NCBI GenBank assembly: GCA_035353595.1
Contig: DAOPZW010000002.1
Coordinates: 1 to 47,477 of the forward strand
Direction: 5' to 3'
Source: Elusimicrobiales bacterium
GTDB lineage: Bacteria > Elusimicrobiota > Elusimicrobia > Elusimicrobiales > UBA9959
DNA length: 47,477 bases
Shown in pieces: positions 25,777 to 34,428 of the stretch. Position 1 is the stretch's first letter. Every line of letters starts with the position of its first letter. The position numbers and the translations under genes were made by a program. Below the pieces are notes generated by a model. It had not been told where the DNA came from, did not search any database, and saw only the letters and a program-made list of their open reading frames with translations.

Positions 25777-27945
25777 ATGAAAAACATCGTCGTATTTGCT
25801 TCGGGCGGCGGCAGCAATCTTCAGGCATTGATAGACGCCGTTAAAACCGGACAGATAAAAGGCCGCATAAACCTTGTCGTAGCCAATAAAAAAGACGCCG
25901 GCGCGCTGGAACGCGCGCGCCAAGAGGGCATACCGGCGCAACTGGCAGACCCTAAAGATTTTGAGAACCCTGAAGCATACGACAAGCGCCTCGCCGAACT
26001 CTGCTTGACGCACCAGGCCGACCTGGTCTGCCTCGCCGGCTTCCTGCTCAAGCTCGGCCCCAAAATGCTCTCGACCTTCAAAGGGAAAATAATTAACATC
26101 CATCCCGCCCTGCTGCCCGCTTTCGGCGGCAAGGGCTTCTATGGCCTCAAAGTCCACGCGGCCGTCATAGCGTCGGGCGCCAGGCTCAGCGGCGCCACCG
26201 CCCATTTCGTCGACGAAAATTACGACCAGGGGCCCATCATACTGCAGCAGTCCGTCCCCGTATTCCAGGACGATGCTCCCGAAACGCTGGCCGCCAGGGT
26301 GCTGGCGGTGGAGCATTCCATCTATCCCGCCGCCGCAGCCCTGTTCTGCGCCGGCCGCCTCAGCCTTGAAGCCGGAAAGGTCAAAGTCTCCGGCCCTGTC
26401 CCTGAAAGCGGCAAAGTCCGCCGGGCCCTTATCTCTGTGTCCGACAAAACCGGCGTAGTAGACTTCGCCCGAGGCCTGGCCGCGCAAGGCGTGGAGGTGG
26501 TTTCCACCTCCGGCACCTTCAAACTGCTGAAGGAATCCGGCGTGCCCGTGCGCGCGCTTGAAACGTTTACCGGCTTCCCGGAGATGCTCGACGGGCGCGT
26601 CAAGACGCTGCACCCCGCGGTGCACGGCGGCATACTGTACCGGCGCGACAATCCGGCGCACGTGGAGACCGTCTTTAAATTCGGCATCGAGCCCATAGAC
26701 CTGGTGGCGGTGAACCTGTATCCCTTCGCCGAGACGGCGAAGAAAGCCGCGCCCTGGTCCGAAGAGCTGATTGAGAACATAGACATCGGCGGCGTGGCGC
26801 TGCTGCGGGCCGCGGCAAAGAACTACGGCGCGGTAACAGTAATAACCTCGCCTTCAGATTACGGCCGCAGCCTGGCAGCCCTGTGCGCTAACGGCGGCGT
26901 TATGCCGGAGGAACTGAAGAAAGAATTCGCCGTCAAAGCGTTCGCGCATACCGCGGCTTACGACGCCGCGATCAGCGGTGCGCTGTGCGGCGAGGTTGAG
27001 GCGCCTTTCCCCGCAAAGCTGGACATGAAGCTGAATAAAATAAGCGCGCTGCGCTACGGCGAGAACCCGCATCAGGCCTGCGCTCTATATTCCAGGAAAC
27101 AAAGCCTGCCTTTCACCCAGATGCAGGGCAAGGAACTCTCCTATAACAATATCCTGGACGCCTACGGCGCCTGGCAGGCCGTGCGCGAGTTCTCCGGACC
27201 CGCCGCCGTCATCTTCAAGCATGTCACGCCCTGCGGGCTGGGCACAGGGGCAGACATAGCCGAAGCCTTCGAGCGCGCCTGGAGCACCGACCCGCTGTCA
27301 GCCTTCGGCGGCATCATCGCGGTCAACCGGAAACTGGACGGCCGCATAGCCGGGTTCCTGGCTAAAAAATTCATCGAGGTCATCTGCGCCCCGGATTATG
27401 ACGGGCCGGCGCTGGAAGTGCTCTCTAAAAAACCAAACTTGCGCCTGTTGAAATGGGGGGAGTTCCCTAAGGACAGCATGGTCCTGAGGTCGGCGGGCGA
27501 CGAAGTGCTGGTAAGCGGCGACGATAACAGGCTGCTGGGAGATAAATGGGCGGTTCCGACGCGAAAAAAACCTTCCCAAGAAGAGGAAGAGGCGCTGCGC
27601 TTCGCCTGGGCCGCCGTTAAATACGTTCGCTCCAACGCCATTGTGCTGGCCGATAAAGACCGTGCCGTCGGGATAGGCGCAGGCCAGATGTCGCGCGTGG
27701 ACGCCGTGTTCATGGCCGGCCACAAGTACGGGGAATTCCTTAAGGCCAATCCCAGGCCCGGGCTGTTGGTGCTGGCTTCGGACGCTTTCTTCCCTTTCCC
27801 GGATTCAATAGAATCCGCCGCAAAACTGGGCGTGTCCGCCATAATACAGCCCGGGGGCTCGGTAAAAGACGCTGAAGTTGTAGCCGCCGCCGACCGGCTG
27901 GGCCTGGCCATGGTGCTGACCGGCATGCGCCACTTCAGGCATTGA
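25777..27945 (+). CDS. purH: Fused GAR transformylase (PurN) and AICAR transformylase/IMP cyclohydrolase (PurH)
   Basis: Residues ~1-200: VFASGGGSNLQAL, INIHPALLP and HFVDENYDQGPII (PurN). Residues ~215-722: ALISVSDKTG, GGTFKLL-like STSGTFKLL, LDGRVKTLHP, the MGS-like domain and the AICARFT domain (GENPHQ, GIGAGQMSRVD). A single uninterrupted frame. Confidence 0.9.
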   Translation: MKNIVVFASGGGSNLQALIDAVKTGQIKGRINLVVANKKDAGALERARQEGIPAQLADPKDFENPEAYDKRLAELCLTHQADLVCLAGFLLKLGPKMLSTFKGKIINIHPALLPAFGGKGFYGLKVHAAVIASGARLSGATAHFVDENYDQGPIILQQSVPVFQDDAPETLAARVLAVEHSIYPAAAALFCAGRLSLEAGKVKVSGPVPESGKVRRALISVSDKTGVVDFARGLAAQGVEVVSTSGTFKLLKESGVPVRALETFTGFPEMLDGRVKTLHPAVHGGILYRRDNPAHVETVFKFGIEPIDLVAVNLYPFAETAKKAAPWSEELIENIDIGGVALLRAAAKNYGAVTVITSPSDYGRSLAALCANGGVMPEELKKEFAVKAFAHTAAYDAAISGALCGEVEAPFPAKLDMKLNKISALRYGENPHQACALYSRKQSLPFTQMQGKELSYNNILDAYGAWQAVREFSGPAAVIFKHVTPCGLGTGADIAEAFERAWSTDPLSAFGGIIAVNRKLDGRIAGFLAKKFIEVICAPDYDGPALEVLSKKPNLRLLKWGEFPKDSMVLRSAGDEVLVSGDDNRLLGDKWAVPTRKKPSQEEEEALRFAWAAVKYVRSNAIVLADKDRAVGIGAGQMSRVDAVFMAGHKYGEFLKANPRPGLLVLASDAFFPFPDSIESAAKLGVSAIIQPGGSVKDAEVVAAADRLGLAMVLTGMRHFRH

Positions 27946-28064
27946 GCCGGGCCGGTCTTAATCGCCCTGCCGCCTGTTGATCGTTGAAATTCCCGCCCCC
28001 TGCTTCTGAGCGGCGCGAAGCCGGGATCCTTCGCGGGGGTTCCAAATATCCACTGCGGTTCAGT

Positions 28065-28085
28065 CTGGAGCTGCTCCGGCTTTTT
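28065..28085 (+). terminator. Weak candidate terminator after purN-purH
   Basis: ctggag-ctg-ctccgg forms a 6-bp stem including one G:T pair, followed by cttttt. Confidence 0.3.
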
Positions 28086-28100
28086 CCTCTGAGGACTGGT

Positions 28101-28129
28101 TTGATAGCCTTCCGGCAGTTATATATACT
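28101..28129 (+). promoter_or_regulatory. Candidate sigma70-type promoter for the PQQ-like propeller gene
   Basis: TTGATA (28101-28106), a 17-nt spacer, then TATACT (28124-28129), 44 nt before ATG 28173. Confidence 0.45.
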
Positions 28130-28172
28130 GTACCTGGTGTGACAGTTTGGGGAATATTTAAAGGAGGCGCAA

Positions 28173-30431
28173 ATGCGCACAATTGTAAAACTTATACTGG
28201 CCGGCCTGGTGGCGGCGGGGGCGAATTCCGCGGCGTCGGCCGAGAACGCGCCGCAGAAACTTTTCCATATTGAGAACGACAAGCGGGTGGGCAACTTCAG
28301 CCTGCTGCAGGACGATTCCATAATAGCGATCCGGGAAAGAACGCGCCTGTGGAGCTATGACGGGAATACCGGCGCTAAACTCTGGGAGACCAAGGTCAAG
28401 GGCGGCGTGGACGACGGCATGCACCTGGTCTGGAACGATAAGCTTTATCTGATGCCCCTAAAGAAAGGCATGGTAGCTTTTGATGTCAACACCGGCAAGC
28501 AGGTCTGGGAAACGAAGCTCGACGTCAAGATGAAGGATTTCTACAAATCCTACAGCTACAAGGATAATTTTTTGCTGGAATTCGAGAAGGACATGATCTC
28601 GCTGAACCCGGATACCGGCGAGGTAGCCTGGCGAACTTCGGACATGGAATATTCCAAGGCGGCCGGCAAAGCCGGGGCGCAGCGGCTGTATTATATCAGC
28701 AAGGACTGGGGCAGCAGGATACTGCTGCTGGGCAAGAAAGGCCCGAGCCTCATAGACGCCAAGACCGGCAAGGTGCTGTGGAAGTCCGAGCATGACTTCT
28801 CCGACGAAATTGAAAAGCCGGTGCTGTTTACCAGCGCCGGCCAGGAGGCGGCGCTGCTGCTTTACGAGGAAGGCGCTTCCAGCATTGACCTGAAGACCGG
28901 CCAGGAAGCCTGGTTCATCAAGGACGAGTTCGAGGACGCCACCGGGCTGGTCCAGTTCGAGAAAGACGGCGGCAAATACTGCCTGTTCGCCTTCGGCAAA
29001 GAGCTGGTCATGTTCGACGCCCTGTCCGGAAAGATCCTCTGGCGGACCGGCAAGGACTCCGACCTGAAGGGGCGGCCTTACATGGTGCAGGCCGACGGCG
29101 GTAACCTGCTTATCCTTACCACGCGCAACCTGGGGACGAAGGGCGGCCTCCTCACCCTGTTCCGCGCCAGTTTCGATACCGGCGGCGTCGCGTGGAAGCG
29201 CGACCTGGCGTTCAGCAAGCAGATGCACATGAACTTCAAGATCCCCATCTTCGGGATCCGGATGCGCAACAGCGGCATCTGGTACCGGGACCCGATCAAG
29301 ACCCCCAACGGGCTGCTTTTTCAGACCTGGGGCACGGCGACCAGAAAGCTCGACGATAAAGGCGAGCCGGGAGAGAAGGAGGGCGAAGGCCTTATCATGG
29401 TCAACCCCGAAACCGGGGACGTGGTGTGGCGCAGTTACTTCAAAGTGTTCGACACCGTTTCCGCCGACGCGCAGAAAATACTCGCCGGCGAGAGCGAGGC
29501 CGGCATAGCCGGCAAAGGCCGCAACGCCATGTCGGCCAACGACGTCGGTTATCAGAACATGATCCCCGCGCCGGTAATAACCGGGGACGTCGTCTACGCC
29601 ATGGGCAATGAAGGCGTGCTTAAACTGGAGCTGGCTACCGGCAAGACCCTCTGGGAATCCCCCAAGTACGGGTATGTCTCTAAGATAATGGTGGACAACG
29701 GCGTTGTTTACGGTTTCCAGGGCAGCGCTTCCTGGGCTTATACCGCCGACGCAAAAAAGGAAAAGGCCGACGACGTTATCATCCAGTCCAAGAAGCAGGG
29801 CTATTTCAGCCTGGACGCCGCCAGCGGCAAGGAACTGTGGAATATCAAGAGCTCGAAAAAGCCGTATTCCATCTTTAACGCCATCGTCGGTAAGGATGGG
29901 AAGGACCTGTTCCTGTGCGACGGCAGGTACCTGCGCCGCCTGGACCTGACGCCCGCTACCAAGGGCTTCGCCTGGGAGCTGGACCTGAAAAAGTCAGATA
30001 TCGGCGAAATAGGCGCCGAAGAGGGCGTAGTCTTCAAGGAGAGGGGCACCACCTTCTCCAATTACGGCAGCTACACTGAAAAAACCACCTCCTACGACGT
30101 GAGCATGCAGCACGGCGCCTGGCAGCTGGCCAACGGCGACCTGCTGGTGATCGCGGCCGAAGGCCCGGCCCGGATCAGCGCCGACGGCAAGATAAAGTGG
30201 AAGACCGAATGGGACTGGAAGCGCAACAAGATCAACTTCACCCCCACCAGGCTGCAGGCCGACAAGTACCTGGTTTACCAGTACAAGAAGAAGATCTTCT
30301 GCCTGGACCTGGAGACCGGCGAGATAAAATGGATGACCAAGGAAGCCAAGAACTCGGAGATAGAGTTCGACGCTAAAGAACAGAAGATGTTCATCGTTGA
30401 CGACGACGAGGTCAGCGCCTACGCCATTTAA
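28173..30431 (+). CDS. Secreted PQQ-like (BamB-like) beta-propeller repeat protein
   Basis: Signal peptide MRTIVKLILAGLVAAGANSAASA. At least 10 recurrences of the (T/S)G(K/E/Q)..W motif (TGAKLWET, TGKQVWET, TGEVAWRT, TGKVLWKS, SGKILWRT, TGDVVWRS, TGKTLWES, SGKELWNI, TGEIKWMT). AAGGAGG SD. Confidence 0.8.
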   Translation: MRTIVKLILAGLVAAGANSAASAENAPQKLFHIENDKRVGNFSLLQDDSIIAIRERTRLWSYDGNTGAKLWETKVKGGVDDGMHLVWNDKLYLMPLKKGMVAFDVNTGKQVWETKLDVKMKDFYKSYSYKDNFLLEFEKDMISLNPDTGEVAWRTSDMEYSKAAGKAGAQRLYYISKDWGSRILLLGKKGPSLIDAKTGKVLWKSEHDFSDEIEKPVLFTSAGQEAALLLYEEGASSIDLKTGQEAWFIKDEFEDATGLVQFEKDGGKYCLFAFGKELVMFDALSGKILWRTGKDSDLKGRPYMVQADGGNLLILTTRNLGTKGGLLTLFRASFDTGGVAWKRDLAFSKQMHMNFKIPIFGIRMRNSGIWYRDPIKTPNGLLFQTWGTATRKLDDKGEPGEKEGEGLIMVNPETGDVVWRSYFKVFDTVSADAQKILAGESEAGIAGKGRNAMSANDVGYQNMIPAPVITGDVVYAMGNEGVLKLELATGKTLWESPKYGYVSKIMVDNGVVYGFQGSASWAYTADAKKEKADDVIIQSKKQGYFSLDAASGKELWNIKSSKKPYSIFNAIVGKDGKDLFLCDGRYLRRLDLTPATKGFAWELDLKKSDIGEIGAEEGVVFKERGTTFSNYGSYTEKTTSYDVSMQHGAWQLANGDLLVIAAEGPARISADGKIKWKTEWDWKRNKINFTPTRLQADKYLVYQYKKKIFCLDLETGEIKWMTKEAKNSEIEFDAKEQKMFIVDDDEVSAYAI

Positions 30432-30460
30432 ACGGCGGGCCGGCGCAACCGGCTGAAGAA

Positions 30461-30490
30461 AAAGCCCCGGCCGCAAGCCGGGGTTTTTTC
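30461..30490 (+). terminator. Rho-independent terminator
   Basis: ccccggc (30465-30471) pairs with gccgggg (30477-30483), loop cgcaa, then tttttt. It is preceded by an A-tract and a second small hairpin, gccgg-cgcaa-ccggc. Confidence 0.8.
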
Positions 30491-30583
30491 TGGGTAACTA
30501 TCGCCGGGACCGCGCCGCGGTAATTGCGGCGATCCGCCCGGTGTTTACTATAACTCAGGTTTTGTGTTAGAATTAATCGCAAG

Positions 30584-30632
30584 ACCCCTGTGCGGGCTGT
30601 TCTTGCGAACAGTGCGACAGGGGTAATTTTTT
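30584..30632 (+). promoter_or_regulatory. Terminator-like hairpin plus U-tract in the purB leader (possible attenuator)
   Basis: acccctgt (30584-30591) pairs with acaggggt (30617-30624). An inner stem ctgttc/gaacag follows, then taatttttt. It ends 2 nt before the GGAGG SD of purB. A candidate promoter, TTGCGG-N16-TACTAT, lies at 30524-30551. Confidence 0.4.
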
Positions 30633-30646
30633 GCGGAGGCGCGACT

Positions 30647-32050
30647 ATGCCGGCACAACGCAACCTGGAAGCGGTGAACCCTTTGGACGGGCGCTACGCC
30701 TCTAAAATGGGCAGGCTCGGCGCCCTCACCGGGGAGGGCGGGCTGGCGAGGTACCGCACCCTGGTAGAATGCCGGTACCTGGCGAAGCTGGCCGCCACCC
30801 GCGGCCTGAAAATACGGCGGCTGACCCGCACTGAACTCTCCTTCCTTGAGAAACTCCCGCTGCTCGGCGAAAAGGACGTGCGGCATATCGTAGCCATCGA
30901 AGAAACCGGCGCGGGCGGCGTCGCGGCCACGCGGCACGACGTCAAAGCCGTGGAATATTTCATCAAAGAGAAGCTTTCGCGCACTTCGCTGCGCGATATA
31001 AAAGAGTTCGTTCATTTCGGCCTTACCTCCGAGGACGTAAATAATATTTCCTACGCGTTGATGCTGCGCGACTGCCTGGCCGTTGAAATTATTCCGGCCT
31101 TCGAGGAAATACTGGCCGCGCTGGACGCGCTGGCGCTGAAATACGCCGACACACCGCTGCTGGCCCGCACGCACGGCCAGCCCGCGGTGCCCACCACCTT
31201 CGGCAAGGAATTCCGCGTCTTCCACGCCCGGCTGCTGCGGCAGACGGAGCAGCTGAAGGCCGCGCATATCTGCGCCAAGCTCAACGGCGCCTCCGGCAAT
31301 TATAACGCGCACGCGGCCGCCTTTCCCGGGACTGACTGGGAAAAGTTCTCGCGGGAATTCGTGGAAAGTTTCAACACCGGCCGCGGCCCCGCGCTGAGCC
31401 ATAACCCTTTCACCACGCAGATAGAGCCGCACGACAGCTACGCCGAACTTTTCGACGCGCTGCGGCGCGCCGATACCATCCTGCTGGCTTTCTGCCAGGA
31501 TATGTGGCGTTATATCTCCGCCGGGCTGGTGGTGCAGCGGGCCGTGGCGGGGGAAATAGGCTCTTCCACCATGCCGCAGAAGGTGAACCCGATCCACTTC
31601 GAGAACGCCGAGGGCAACCTGGGGCTGGCCAACGCCCTGCTCGGTTTCTTTTCGGCGAAGCTGCCGGTTTCGCGCCTGCAGCGCGACCTGTCGGACTCTA
31701 CCGTGGAACGCAATTTCGGCGCGGCCTTCGGTTACAGCCTGGCCGCCTGCCGTTCGGTCCTGACCGGCCTGGGGCGTGTTTCGGTGAACGCGGCGGCGGC
31801 CCGCCTGGAGCTGGAGAGCCATCCCGAAGTGCTGGCCGAAGGCATTCAGACCATCCTGCGGCGCGAGGGCGAGACCGGGGCCTATGAGCTGTTGTGCAAA
31901 TTTACGCGCGGGCGCAGCGTCGGCGCGGCGGAACTGGGGACTTTTATCGACGGGCTTAAACTTAAACCCGCGGTAAAAGCGGAACTTAAGCGGCTTTCGC
32001 CCCTGAACTATACGGGGCTAGCGGCCAAACTTGCGAAATTCAAGCGTTAA
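30647..32050 (+). CDS. purB: Adenylosuccinate lyase
   Basis: NPLDGRYASK, HFGLTSEDVNN, ARTHGQPAVPTTFGKE and GSSTMPQKVNP (the fumarate-lyase signature). ATG 30647 has a GGAGG SD; the track start at 30590 lies inside the leader hairpin. Confidence 0.92.
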   Translation: MPAQRNLEAVNPLDGRYASKMGRLGALTGEGGLARYRTLVECRYLAKLAATRGLKIRRLTRTELSFLEKLPLLGEKDVRHIVAIEETGAGGVAATRHDVKAVEYFIKEKLSRTSLRDIKEFVHFGLTSEDVNNISYALMLRDCLAVEIIPAFEEILAALDALALKYADTPLLARTHGQPAVPTTFGKEFRVFHARLLRQTEQLKAAHICAKLNGASGNYNAHAAAFPGTDWEKFSREFVESFNTGRGPALSHNPFTTQIEPHDSYAELFDALRRADTILLAFCQDMWRYISAGLVVQRAVAGEIGSSTMPQKVNPIHFENAEGNLGLANALLGFFSAKLPVSRLQRDLSDSTVERNFGAAFGYSLAACRSVLTGLGRVSVNAAAARLELESHPEVLAEGIQTILRREGETGAYELLCKFTRGRSVGAAELGTFIDGLKLKPAVKAELKRLSPLNYTGLAAKLAKFKR

Positions 32051-32060
32051 GGAGAAAAAC

Positions 32061-33089
32061 ATGCCTGTTGATATAGTTGTCGGCGGCCAGGCCGGGGACG
32101 AGGGAAAGGGCAAGATCTCGGCTTATCTCGCCAGTAAAAACAATTACGAATATTCCATACGCGTGGGCGGCCCCAACGCCGGGCATACTGTTTTTTTTAA
32201 GGATAAGATCTATACCCTGAAGACCATGCCATCCGGCTTCGTGAACCCGCGCACCAAACTGGTGCTGGGCGCCGGCACTTACATTATTACCGACTGGCTG
32301 GAAAAAGAGATGCAGATGACCGGCGGCGCGGGCCGGCTGATCATAGACCCGCACGCGGTGATAATTGAACCGCGCCACACCGCGGCCGAGCGCGCCGACG
32401 CGCGTATGATGGGAAAAATAGGCAGCGTGGGCACCGGCCTGGGCGCCGCGGTGCGCGACAGGGTGGACCGCAAAAAACTGCGCTTCGCCAAGGACGAGCC
32501 GCGCCTTAAAAAATACGTCAAGGACGTTCCCGAACTGCTTAACAAGGCCCTGGCCAGAGGCGCCGGCCTGCTGCTGGAGGGCACGCAGGGCATGAAGCTT
32601 TCCGTGCTGCACGGCGAGTACCCTTTCGTCACTTCGCGCGACACCACTGCCGCCACCTTTATGGGCGAGGCCGGCCTCGGCCCCAAGTACGCCGGCGACG
32701 TGTACGCGGTGTTCAAGCCCTATGTCACCCGCGTTGGCCCCGGCCTGGTAGCCAGCGAGATGCGCGACAGGAAAAAACTAGCCAAGTACCACACCGCCGG
32801 CCGCGAGGTGGGCAGCGTCAGCGGCCGCCTGCGGCGGGTGGGGGGCTTCGAGATGGACGTGGCCCGGCAGACCGTGATGATAAATTCAGCCACGCAGCTG
32901 GCCATCACGCATGTCGACATGCTGGGCGGGGCGGATATTTCCAAGGGCGTAAAAAGCTTCACGGGCGAGGCGAAGAAATTCATGGCCACGCTGGAGAAGG
33001 TCTGCTCCGTCTACCCGTACCCCAAAGTGCGGCTGGTCTCTTACGGTCCCGGCCTGTTCGACGTGCTGGACCTGAAGCGGGGAAAATAG
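32061..33089 (+). CDS. purA: Adenylosuccinate synthetase, short (~340 aa, archaeal-like) form
   Basis: VVGGQAGDEGKGKI (P-loop), GPNAGHTV, GSVGTGLG and LLEGTQG. 342 aa from ATG 32061, with an AAGGAG SD. Confidence 0.85.
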   Translation: MPVDIVVGGQAGDEGKGKISAYLASKNNYEYSIRVGGPNAGHTVFFKDKIYTLKTMPSGFVNPRTKLVLGAGTYIITDWLEKEMQMTGGAGRLIIDPHAVIIEPRHTAAERADARMMGKIGSVGTGLGAAVRDRVDRKKLRFAKDEPRLKKYVKDVPELLNKALARGAGLLLEGTQGMKLSVLHGEYPFVTSRDTTAATFMGEAGLGPKYAGDVYAVFKPYVTRVGPGLVASEMRDRKKLAKYHTAGREVGSVSGRLRRVGGFEMDVARQTVMINSATQLAITHVDMLGGADISKGVKSFTGEAKKFMATLEKVCSVYPYPKVRLVSYGPGLFDVLDLKRGK

Positions 33090-33177
33090 TTCCAGGGCGG
33101 GCGCCGCCCGGAGCAGAGACAGCAATTAGTCTGAAAACTGTCTTTTATCCGGCCGCGGCGCGGTCCGTTAAGGCTCC

Positions 33178-34416
33178 ATGTTCGAAATATCAGTGCTTGC
33201 CGCAGTGTTCCTGCTCATAGCCGTGCGCCAGGTAGGGGCGCTGCGTTTTGAGATCTGGCAGGTCATGTGCGGCGGGGCGGCCGCCGTGTTGCTGGCGGGC
33301 GGGATAAGCCCCGCGGCGGCGCTGAGGGCCATAGACGCCGACGTGATGGTTTTCCTTTTCGGCATGTTCGCCGCCGGGCAGGTTTTAGAACTGAGCGGCT
33401 GGCTGGCCCACGCCAAGTACAATGTGTTCAAGCGGGCGCGCACTGAGGAAGGCCTGCTGCTGCTGCTGGTGTTCTTCATGGGCGCGGCTTCGGCCGCGCT
33501 GATGAACGACACGCTGGCAATAATCGGCACGCCGGTGGCGCTGCTGCTGGCCCGCAAGCACGGCATCTCCCCCAAGGCCCTGCTGCTGGCGCTGGCTTTT
33601 TCGATCACCGTCGGCAGCGTGATGAGCCCCATCGGCAACCCGCAGAACCTGCTGGTGGCGGTGAAGGGTGGGATCGCCGCCCCTTTCCTGACATTCCTGA
33701 AATACCTGGCCGTTCCCACCTTGCTGAACCTGTGCGCCGTATTCCTGCTGGTGCGGCATTTTTACCGGGAGGAATTCACCGCCGACAGGCTGGCCCATTC
33801 CCAGGAGCCGGTAAAAGACAAGGCGCTGGCCCGGCTGGCCAGGGTGACCGCCGCGGTGCTGGGCATCATGATAGCGGCGAAAATAGCACTGGCCTATATT
33901 TCTCCCGCGCTGGATTTCCGCCTTACCTGGATAGCGCTGGCTGCCGCGGCGCCCGGGCTGCTGTTCAGCCCGCGCCGCCTGGAGCTGCTGCGCCGGACGG
34001 ACTGGAGCACGCTGGCTTTCTTCGCGGCCATGTTCGTCCTGATGCAGGCCGTCTGGGATACGGGCGTCTTCCAGGGGCTTATCGCCGGTTCCGGCGCGGA
34101 ACTTCACGGGGTGGGGCCCGTTATGGCGGTAAGCGTGGTCCTGAGCCAGTTCATTTCCAACGTGCCGCTGGTGGCGCTTTACCTGCCCGTGCTGAAGCAT
34201 TCCGGCGCCGGCACACCCGAGCTGATGGCGCTGGCGGCCGCTTCAACTTTTGCCGGCAACCTGTTCATCCTGGGCGCGGCCAGCAACGTGATAATAATCC
34301 AGAACGCCGAGAAAAAGGCCGGCCAGACCATAACCTTCACGGAGTTCGCACGCATAGGGATACCGCTTACTTTCATAAATGGCATAATATACTGGCTCTG
34401 CATAAAGTTCACCTGA
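33178..34416 (+). CDS. ArsB/NhaD-superfamily anion permease (YbiR/CitMHS-like)
   Basis: About 10-12 hydrophobic helices. An SPIGNPQNLL motif. Internal two-fold repeat architecture. Confidence 0.7.
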   Translation: MFEISVLAAVFLLIAVRQVGALRFEIWQVMCGGAAAVLLAGGISPAAALRAIDADVMVFLFGMFAAGQVLELSGWLAHAKYNVFKRARTEEGLLLLLVFFMGAASAALMNDTLAIIGTPVALLLARKHGISPKALLLALAFSITVGSVMSPIGNPQNLLVAVKGGIAAPFLTFLKYLAVPTLLNLCAVFLLVRHFYREEFTADRLAHSQEPVKDKALARLARVTAAVLGIMIAAKIALAYISPALDFRLTWIALAAAAPGLLFSPRRLELLRRTDWSTLAFFAAMFVLMQAVWDTGVFQGLIAGSGAELHGVGPVMAVSVVLSQFISNVPLVALYLPVLKHSGAGTPELMALAAASTFAGNLFILGAASNVIIIQNAEKKAGQTITFTEFARIGIPLTFINGIIYWLCIKFT

Positions 34417-34428
34417 AAAGGGCAAAAA

